Shown: piece by piece, positions 1 to 4,878 of the stretch
Numbering within the stretch: the first letter of the stretch is position 1
How the letters are laid out: each line of letters starts with the position of its first letter
Virus record (IMG/VR): IMGVR_UViG_2558860274_000011
Span: 1 to 4,878 of that record
Direction: 5' to 3' (one strand)
Source of the DNA: a virus
Lineage: Duplodnaviria; Heunggongvirae; Uroviricota; Caudoviricetes
Length of the DNA stretch: 4,878 nucleotides
The notes under the pieces: model-generated
Told to the model about the DNA's origin: nothing
What the model saw: only the letters and a program-made list of their open reading frames with translations
Databases searched by the model: none
Program-made: the position numbers and the translations under genes

Positions 1-914
1 GCTGCGTGAGCAGTACGGGGTCGGACCGCTATGCAGCGAACTGCATATTGCCCCGTCAACGTATTACCACTGTCAGCAACAGCGACATCATCCGGATAAA
101 CGCAGTGCCCGTGCGCAGCGCGATGACTGGCTGAAGAAAGAGATACTGCGCGTATACGATGGGAATCATCAGGTATACGGTGTGCGTAAAGTCTGGCGTC
201 AGTTGTTACGGGAAGGAATCAGGGTAGCCAGATGTACAGTGGCGCGCCTCATGGCGGTTATGGGACTTGCCGGTGTTCTCCGGGGTAAAAAGGTCCGTAC
301 GACCATCAGCCGGAAAACCGTTGCCGCAGGCGACCGCGTAAACCGTCAGTTCGTGGCAGAACGACCTGACCAGCTGTGGGTGGCTGATTTTACTTACGTC
401 AGCACATGGCAGGGCTTCGTCTATGTGGCGTTCATCATTGATGTGTTTGCCGGATACATTGTGGGGTGGCGGGTCTCATCGTCCACGGAGACGACATTCG
501 TGCTGGATGCACTGGAGCAGGCGTTATGGGCCCGTCGACCGTCCGGCACGGTCCATCACAGTGATAAAGGTTCTCAGTATGTATCGCTGGCCTACACACA
601 GCGGCTTAAGGAAGCCGGATTACTGGCATCAACAGGAAGTACAGGCGACTCGTATGACAACGCGATGGCGGAGAGCATCAATGGTCTTTACAAAGCGGAG
701 GTAATACACCGTAAGAGCTGGAAAAACCGTGCAGAAGTGGAACTGGCCACACTCACGTGGGTGGACTGGTATAACAATCGACGATTGCTGGAAAGGCTGG
801 GCCATACTCCTCCGGCAGAAGCAGAAAAAGCTTATTATGCTTCCATCGGAAACGATGATCTGGCAGCCTGAGTTCACAGATAAAACACTCTCCAGGAAAC
901 CCGGGGCGGTTCAT
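1..914 (+). mobile_element. 3' portion of an IS3-family insertion sequence (IS629/IS1203/IS3411-like by recollection), truncated by the window start
   Basis: The transposase OrfB frame is open from the window edge to 871. It is followed by about 40 bp ending ...CCCGGGGCGGTTCA at 914, consistent with an IS3-family terminal inverted repeat (5'-TG...CA-3' ends). Sequence character changes immediately after 914. The exact end and subgroup are from memory and not verified; the left end is outside the window. Confidence 0.8.
2..871 (+). CDS. IS3-family transposase OrfB (DDE integrase-type catalytic subunit), 5'-partial at window edge
   Basis: The frame is continuous from position 2 (LREQYGVGPLCSELHIAPSTYYHC...) into the listed ORF 182..871. 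Translation contains the DDE/RNase-H-fold signatures typical of IS3 OrfB: WVADFTYV (first D), HSDKGSQY (second D) and DSYDNAMAESINGLYK (E). Stop codon at 869-871. OrfA and the frameshift site would lie upstream of the window. Confidence 0.95.
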   Translation: MREQYGVGPLCSELHIAPSTYYHCQQQRHHPDKRSARAQRDDWLKKEILRVYDGNHQVYGVRKVWRQLLREGIRVARCTVARLMAVMGLAGVLRGKKVRTTISRKTVAAGDRVNRQFVAERPDQLWVADFTYVSTWQGFVYVAFIIDVFAGYIVGWRVSSSTETTFVLDALEQALWARRPSGTVHHSDKGSQYVSLAYTQRLKEAGLLASTGSTGDSYDNAMAESINGLYKAEVIHRKSWKNRAEVELATLTWVDWYNNRRLLERLGHTPPAEAEKAYYASIGNDDLAA

Positions 915-1151
915 TGAATCTTATCCAGGCAATTGTGCGTGTCCGTATAATCATGCAAGGAATGGTAGTAGATGTGGTGGACGCAGTGCATATAGCCGTA
1001 CTGGAGGGTATGACGTGGTATGTTATGAAAGTGATGTTACCGATGAAATGATCCGGCAATGGAAGCAGGAGAATGCTGAGTAATCTCTTTTAACTGATTT
1101 GTTGTGCGAGCATTATGTGCAGTTAACGCCTCACTAGCTAGTGAGAGTTCC

Positions 1152-1186
1152 AAAAAGAAACCCCGCAGTTTTTACGCTGCGGGGTT
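1152..1186 (-). terminator. Rho-independent terminator, probably for the hok transcript; usable in both directions
   Basis: Perfect 8-bp GC-rich stem CCCCGCAG (1161-1168) / CTGCGGGG (1177-1184), extendable to 10 bp with flanking A-T pairs. On the minus strand the hairpin is followed by UUUCUUUUU (complement of 1152-1160). On the plus strand it is followed by TTGTTATT, a weaker U-tract. It lies about 90 nt downstream of the hok stop codon. Confidence 0.6.
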
Positions 1187-1272
1187 GTTATTCATGCCTA
1201 TGAGATAGGGTGCCTTATCGGCCTTACCCTAGCAACCGATTGACGGGGAGTTGCCTCCCCGTCGCGGTTTCC

Positions 1273-1413
1273 TTACTGCTTACACTGTAAGAACGCCGCA
1301 AACTCCGCTCCCCAGAAGCTCATCCGTATTTCACACAGCGAACCGTGCAGCATCCAGATGATGAGGATTACCGTCACGCAGAACGTGATGGCCGTAAGCG
1401 ATTTTTGCGACAT
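1273..1413 (-). CDS. hok: Hok/Gef-family type I toxin (small membrane-depolarising peptide), 46 aa
   Basis: Hand translation of the minus strand from ATG (complement of 1411-1413) to TAA (complement of 1273-1275) gives MSQKSLTAITFCVTVILIIWMLHGSLCEIRMSFWGAEFAAFLQCKQ. It has an N-terminal hydrophobic helix followed by the SLCEI motif and a C-terminal AAFLxCK, closely resembling Hok-family peptides as I recall them (HokA-like ...WMIRDSLCEL...ELAAFLACK). A GGAG Shine-Dalgarno lies 8 nt upstream of the ATG. Not in the ORF track because it is under the length cutoff. Confidence 0.8.
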   Translation of the reverse strand: MSQKSLTAITFCVTVILIIWMLHGSLCEIRMSFWGAEFAAFLQCKQ

Positions 1414-1543
1414 AGCGCTTGCTCCTTTGTTGGAGAGGCGCTAACCTATCACTTGCTAAGGTTAGACGGTTAGGGCCTCGGTTAAACAGAAATGTTTTCC
1501 GGGGCCTTTCCACATCTGGCCTTCGGGTATTCCCTCCGACCAT
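1331..1543 (-). CDS. Possible mok-like overlapping reading frame (modulator of killing) covering the hok start
   Basis: A 70-codon frame starting at ATG (complement of 1541-1543) overlaps the first 83 nt of hok in a different frame and stops inside hok. This is the layout expected for mok in hok/sok-type loci, where hok translation is coupled to mok. There is no convincing Shine-Dalgarno at this ATG, and the true start could be an internal GTG. The protein sequence itself is uninformative. Confidence 0.3.
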   Translation of the reverse strand: MVGGNTRRPDVERPRKTFLFNRGPNRLTLASDRLAPLQQRSKRYVAKIAYGHHVLRDGNPHHLDAARFAV

Positions 1544-1603
1544 CAGCCGAAAGGCACCCGCGCGTAATCTATCGCTTTTTTGTTACTCCGGCAATTCTGC
1601 TTG

Positions 1604-1864
1604 TTAATTCTGAGATAAAGGCAAACTCATCTGATTGTTTCCCCTGTGTGAAGCTGGCAGCTCATGCCACGGGATACCTTCTGAAGAGTGAACGCCGGAG
1701 GCGTGTTTTGATGTGAATTTATGGAAAGCTTCCAGTGTTGAGAAGCATACGCCGCATTCCAGATTGTTACACTGGTAATACTTTTGCCGCACGGTGTTTG
1801 AATCATTTTCCGGACGACTGGTGCGGATACGGGCAGATGCGCCACAAAGCGGACAACGGAACAT
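1604..1864 (-). CDS. ogr: Ogr/Delta-family zinc-finger late-gene transcriptional activator (P2 Ogr-like), 86 aa
   Basis: Translation MFRCPLCGASARIRTSRPENDSNTVRQKYYQCNNLECGVCF... shows the Ogr-family CxxC-N24-CxxxxC zinc-binding pattern and the ARxRTSR motif. It aligns by eye with P2 Ogr as I recall it (MFHCPLCQHAAHARTSRYITDTTKERYHQCQNVNC...). A strong GGGAGGT Shine-Dalgarno lies 5 nt upstream of the ATG. The protein is about 14 aa longer at the C-terminus than the ~72-aa family norm. Confidence 0.85.
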   Translation of the reverse strand: MFRCPLCGASARIRTSRPENDSNTVRQKYYQCNNLECGVCFSTLEAFHKFTSKHASGVHSSEGIPWHELPASHRGNNQMSLPLSQN

Positions 1865-1906
1865 AGCGACCTCCCTTAACGTGGTGCTGTCGCTATTCTA
1901 AGTTCC

Positions 1907-2344
1907 TCACTCTGTTTCCGCTATCCATTCCGGGATTTTTGCCTCAAGCTCAATCTGTGTGGTAAAGCCACTGTTATCAATGGTGTGCTCGGCTTTTGCA
2001 ATAATCCAGTCCTGATTATCAATCTCGCTTTTAAATCCTGTTACCGTGCCATGCATTTCGGGGTAGAGTTCTGCGCGTCCACGTGCCAGTGTGATGGAGA
2101 ATGATGCGGCTCCGCGTTGTAGCTGCTGCCACTTTGCCGCCGCTGCGCGTCTTGCTGCCTGCTCGTTCTGATAAGTCTTGCGTAACACAAACACATTGCC
2201 TTCCGCACCTTCCATATAATCACCTTCACGGCTGCTGCTTTTCTCCTTTTTGGGTTTTGGTGGTTTGCGGCGTTTCACGCTGACTTTTTTCTTTTTCCCG
2301 TAATTAAGATCAAGCCAGTAAGCGCGTATCGTGAAGAACTTGTT
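1907..2344 (-). pseudogene. Probable C-terminal fragment of a P2 gpD-like tail protein (prophage remnant); the N-terminal two thirds are absent
   Basis: A minus-strand open frame runs stop-to-stop from 2344 down to 1907 (about 145 codons). The track calls a GTG start at 2278. It ends 42 nt upstream of ogr, which is the conserved P2 gene order D-ogr. A full gpD is roughly 390 aa, so this is at most the C-terminal third. The assignment rests mainly on synteny, since I cannot recall the gpD sequence reliably. Confidence 0.5.
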
Positions 2345-2390
2345 TCATAGTGGTATATTGTGATCATCTAATAGCTCGTGAAATCATTTT

Positions 2391-2408
2391 GGTATCAAAA
2401 AAGATACC
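2391..2408. promoter_or_regulatory. Perfect inverted repeat GGTATC-N6-GATACC, candidate operator just upstream of the XRE regulator gene
   Basis: GGTATCaaaaaaGATACC lies 16 bp upstream of the 2424 start codon, in the divergent intergenic region between the gpD fragment and the regulator. A further TGGTAT copy sits at 2351-2356, next to a TGATCA palindrome. This is a typical arrangement for an autoregulated HTH repressor operator, but it is inferred from symmetry only. Confidence 0.3.
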
Positions 2409-2423
2409 TGTCAAGGTTTTTGT

Positions 2424-2828
2424 ATGAAAAATGATATTGGTCAGCGGTTGCGTGAGGAAAGGGAAAGATTGGGACTTAGTCAAGTTGCCATGAGCGACAT
2501 TGGTGGAGTCAAAAAGCTAACTCAGCTTAGATATGAGAAAGGAGATAGCTTTCCTGATGCTGCGTATTTGGCAGCGCTGTCTCGTTTTGGCCTTGATGTT
2601 CAGTATGTTGTGTTGGGAATTCACTCACCTGAAACTTATAACGATGATGAGCAGGAGTTGATTACTCGCTTTCGAGCAGCTTCGTTAGATGTGAAAAACG
2701 CGGTGATTGGGGCTTTAAAAGGTGCGATCAGTGAAAAGGAAACTCAGCCATCAGGACGTGAGTTAAATATTTCTGGTGGTAATAACCGTATCGCTGGTCG
2801 TGACTATAACGAAACTAAGGGTAGGTGA
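2424..2828 (+). CDS. XRE-family (Cro/CI-type) helix-turn-helix transcriptional regulator, 134 aa; candidate immunity repressor of the element
   Basis: The N-terminal ~65 aa (IGQRLREERERLGLSQVAMSDIGGVKKLTQLRYEKGDSFPDAAYLAALSRFGLDV) matches the XRE HTH consensus architecture. AAGG lies 8 nt upstream of the ATG. It is the first gene of a same-strand operon ending in the integrase, analogous to the P2 C-int arrangement. The C-terminal tail carries the motif GGNNRIAGRDYNE. Confidence 0.85.
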   Translation: MKNDIGQRLREERERLGLSQVAMSDIGGVKKLTQLRYEKGDSFPDAAYLAALSRFGLDVQYVVLGIHSPETYNDDEQELITRFRAASLDVKNAVIGALKGAISEKETQPSGRELNISGGNNRIAGRDYNETKGR

Positions 2829-2843
2829 TAGTAGGGAGGTGAC

Positions 2844-3494
2844 ATGGCCGTCAACTCAAACGGTTCAAACAATCGCGTTGCTGGGCGTGATTTTCACGAA
2901 AAGAATATTCAGATAGAGCGATATGATGGTTCTCATACCGTCAATATCGCAATCCCTTCGAATAATGATGATGACGATCGCCCTTTGCTTAAGGCTCAGC
3001 GTAAGGAGCTAAATAGCTTGGTTGCTGCTATTGCAGAAGCTAGCAATACTGAAGCGTTTATTATTTGGCAAAAAGTACATGCGGAGATTGGTGTAGCTGG
3101 TATTGATGATATGACAGTAAATCAATATAAAACAGCGGAGAGTTTTCTGCATGCAATGCTTGAGCGATGTAAAGATCATGATGCCTGTAAGGCTCTTGTA
3201 AGTTTATTACTACGTAACAGTGAAGACTGTGGACTTCGACAAAAACTTCTGCGGTATTGCCATATCAATTTCGGTACAGGACGTTTAAACGATCTTACTC
3301 GTTCTCAGTTACAGTCTGCATTGTCGTGGTTAGAGCAACAATCGGCATCAAGCCACACAGAGAGTTCGACCTTACCAGAAGTCCGACTTCGTGCTTCAGA
3401 ATTAATCCGACTTTATCCAAAAGAAATAATATTCTTTATCTGCGTAGGGGTTTTGGTAGGCGGTGTCATTTCTAGGGCGTTTTTTAATTTGTAA
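2844..3494 (+). CDS. Hypothetical protein, 216 aa: predicted cytoplasmic domain with a single C-terminal transmembrane anchor; function unknown
   Basis: Strong Shine-Dalgarno GGGAGGT 5 nt upstream of the ATG. The C-terminal segment IIFFICVGVLVGGVISRAFF is a plausible tail-anchor transmembrane helix. An acidic DDDD patch lies near the N-terminus, which also carries the motif SNNRVAGRDFHE shared with the upstream regulator. The gene is AT-rich compared with the IS and hok regions. I recognise no family. Confidence 0.7.
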   Translation: MAVNSNGSNNRVAGRDFHEKNIQIERYDGSHTVNIAIPSNNDDDDRPLLKAQRKELNSLVAAIAEASNTEAFIIWQKVHAEIGVAGIDDMTVNQYKTAESFLHAMLERCKDHDACKALVSLLLRNSEDCGLRQKLLRYCHINFGTGRLNDLTRSQLQSALSWLEQQSASSHTESSTLPEVRLRASELIRLYPKEIIFFICVGVLVGGVISRAFFNL

Positions 3495-3523
3495 TCTTAC
3501 TTGAGCTAAATTGAGGTAATGAT

Positions 3524-3871
3524 ATGAAAGTAAAAAATGTTCAACTATTAGTTACTTTTTTATCTATGTTTTCTTTTTCCGCCGTCGCAATGCCTTTTAA
3601 AACTATTGAACGTGAGAGTTTTAATGGGGTATGGCCATTTAATACTGATGAGGTTCAATTACAGTGTCTTGATGGTAATCCTTATGTGATGAATTTTGAC
3701 GATAATAAGTTATATGCACTTACAGGTTTGGCTCGAATAAAAGGTAAAACATTTGGTGCGTTACCGTTAGATAACAATAATCCATTTTGGCTAGATAATG
3801 ATGCCGCCCCAGGGTTAAAAAAGAGTCTGGGGGATGTCACTAAGGCTGCATTTGATTTATGTGATAAGTAA
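3524..3871 (+). CDS. Hypothetical secreted or periplasmic protein, 115 aa, with an N-terminal Sec signal peptide; function unknown
   Basis: Shine-Dalgarno GAGGT 6 nt upstream of the ATG. The N-terminus MKVKNVQLLVTFLSMFSFSAVA has a basic n-region, a hydrophobic core and an AVA cleavage motif. The mature part has two Cys (possible disulfide) and is rich in N, D and P. The gene is markedly AT-rich. No family recognised. Confidence 0.75.
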   Translation: MKVKNVQLLVTFLSMFSFSAVAMPFKTIERESFNGVWPFNTDEVQLQCLDGNPYVMNFDDNKLYALTGLARIKGKTFGALPLDNNNPFWLDNDAAPGLKKSLGDVTKAAFDLCDK

Positions 3872-3876
3872 CTAAA

Positions 3877-4878
3877 ATGTCGGTTCGTAAGATTCCATCA
3901 GGTAAATGGCTTTGCGAATGTTATCCCTACGGGGCATCGGGAAAACGCATTCGTAAACAGTTTGCGACAAAAAGTGAGGCGCTCTCTTATGAGCGCCGTT
4001 TAATGAATAGTAGAGTTGGAGACGAGTTTCAAGATGGTTCTGGTCCTCGTCTTTCTGAGTTGATTGCTCGTTGGTTTGAGATGTACGGTAAAACCTTGTC
4101 CTCTGGTGCAGAGCGCAAAGTCAAACTTGAGGCGATTTGTTCCAGGCTGGGAGATCCATTTGCTTCTCAGTTTGACAAAAATATGTTTGCTACTTATCGG
4201 GAAAGAAGGCTATCAGGAGAATGGAATCCCAAGGGGAAGAAAAAACTTAGTGAAGCAACCGTTAATCGCGAGCAGTCATATCTACATGCTGTTTTTGCCG
4301 AACTGAAGCGCCTTGGGGAGTGGTCTGGTGAAAACCCCCTGACTGGTATTCGCAAGTTTCGTGAGGAAGAAAAGGAACTGGCGTTTCTGTATGTAGATGA
4401 GATTGAACGCCTTCTGATTGCGTGTGATGAGTCACGGAATAAAGATTTGGGGGTTGTTGTCCGTATTGGGCTTGCGACGGGTGCTCGGTGGAGTGAAGCA
4501 GAAGGATTAAAGCAATCTCAAGTACTGCCCGGTCGAATCACATTTGTTAAAACTAAAGGAAAGAAGAACCGCACTGTACCGATTTCACCTCAATTGCAGG
4601 CTATGCTTCCTAAAAAACGAGGAGCGCTATTTTCACCATGTTATGAGGCTTTTGACGCTGCAATTAAGAGAGCGAAGATCGAGCTTCCTGATGGGCAATT
4701 AACTCATGTGCTACGTCACACGTTTGCCAGTCATTTTATGATGCGGGGCGGAAATATTCTTGTGTTGCAAAAAATACTGGGGCATAGCGATATAAAAATG
4801 ACTATGCGTTATGCGCATTTTGCTCCAGGTCATTTAGAGGCTGCTGTTGAATTGAACCCTTTTGACAATAGAGGGTAA
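3877..4878 (+). CDS. int: Tyrosine site-specific recombinase / phage integrase, P2-Int-like, 333 aa, complete (stop at window end)
   Basis: Translation shows the catalytic signature of tyrosine recombinases: LATGARWSEA (Arg), HVLRHTFASHF (HxxR) and MTMRYAHFAP (Tyr nucleophile). It also has blocks I recall from P2 Int (GKRIRKQF..SEA, RITFVKTKGKKNRTVPIS, GGNILVLQKILGH). The ATG is 5 nt after the upstream stop, suggesting translational coupling. TAA at 4876-4878. Confidence 0.95.
   Translation: MSVRKIPSGKWLCECYPYGASGKRIRKQFATKSEALSYERRLMNSRVGDEFQDGSGPRLSELIARWFEMYGKTLSSGAERKVKLEAICSRLGDPFASQFDKNMFATYRERRLSGEWNPKGKKKLSEATVNREQSYLHAVFAELKRLGEWSGENPLTGIRKFREEEKELAFLYVDEIERLLIACDESRNKDLGVVVRIGLATGARWSEAEGLKQSQVLPGRITFVKTKGKKNRTVPISPQLQAMLPKKRGALFSPCYEAFDAAIKRAKIELPDGQLTHVLRHTFASHFMMRGGNILVLQKILGHSDIKMTMRYAHFAPGHLEAAVELNPFDNRG

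Noticed and set aside
423-704. 93-aa plus-strand ORF inside the transposase gene
   Set aside because: Alternative frame fully embedded in the well-supported OrfB transposase CDS; no independent support.
629-877. 82-aa minus-strand ORF antisense to the transposase 3' end
   Set aside because: Antisense to a confidently called CDS and inside the IS; likely a chance ORF.
729-917. 62-aa plus-strand ORF spanning the IS terminus
   Set aside because: Out of frame with OrfB and crosses the terminal inverted repeat; no ribosome-binding site and no recognisable product.
874-1059. 61-aa minus-strand ORF in the IS-to-hok spacer
   Set aside because: Low-complexity S/T/I-rich translation, no ribosome-binding site, would be transcribed into the IS end; judged spurious.
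1430-1480. Possible tRNA gene as integration target near the element end
   Set aside because: The region has inverted repeats but no recognisable cloverleaf or conserved T-arm (GTTCRANYC-like) sequence; interpreted as hok leader structure instead.
1419-1716. Plus-strand ORFs 1419..1607 and 1492..1716 opposite the hok leader
   Set aside because: They lie antisense to the hok/mok leader, where a non-coding Sok-type RNA is expected rather than a protein; no ribosome-binding site.
1627-1845. 72-aa minus-strand ORF in an alternative frame within ogr
   Set aside because: Fully overlapped by the Ogr-family frame, which has the zinc-finger signature and a strong ribosome-binding site.
2041-2283. 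Overlapping ORFs 2041..2229 (-) and 2101..2283 (+) within the gpD-fragment region
   Set aside because: Alternative-frame and antisense ORFs inside the D-like frame; no features of real genes.
2823-2846. Stop-codon readthrough or frameshift fusing the regulator to the downstream protein
   Set aside because: The two ORFs are in the same frame but separated by three consecutive stops (TGA TAG TAG), and the downstream gene has its own strong ribosome-binding site; independent translation is far more likely.
3257-3475. 72-aa plus-strand ORF in an alternative frame of the 216-aa gene
   Set aside because: Embedded in the longer ORF, which has a strong ribosome-binding site; no support.
4064-4306. 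80-aa plus-strand ORF in an alternative frame of the integrase
   Set aside because: Embedded in the integrase CDS, which has clear catalytic motifs.
1-4878. CRISPR array or other long tandem repeats
   Set aside because: No regularly spaced direct repeats found on inspection.

Overview
The window is a mosaic accessory region with three parts. (1) 1-914: the 3' end of an IS3-family insertion sequence, with the OrfB DDE transposase running to 871 and the element end at about 914. (2) 1150-1545: a Hok/Gef-family type I toxin locus on the minus strand. The 46-codon hok gene is too short for the ORF track; it sits inside an overlapping mok-like frame and is followed by a strong intrinsic terminator. 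(3) 1604-4878: what reads as a heavily reduced P2-like prophage. On the minus strand are an Ogr/Delta-type zinc-finger late activator and, upstream of it, an ORF interpreted from gene order as a gpD tail-protein fragment. Diverging from these on the plus strand is a four-gene operon: an XRE-family HTH regulator, a 216-aa tail-anchored membrane protein, a 115-aa signal-peptide protein, and a P2-type tyrosine integrase that ends exactly at the window edge. The two AT-rich genes between regulator and integrase have no function I can assign; they are the best candidate for an undescribed prophage-encoded module, for example superinfection exclusion or defence. The regulator and the membrane protein also share a short peptide motif across three in-frame stop codons. 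No tRNA, rRNA or CRISPR array was seen. All family assignments are from reading the translations and from memory; none was checked against a database.
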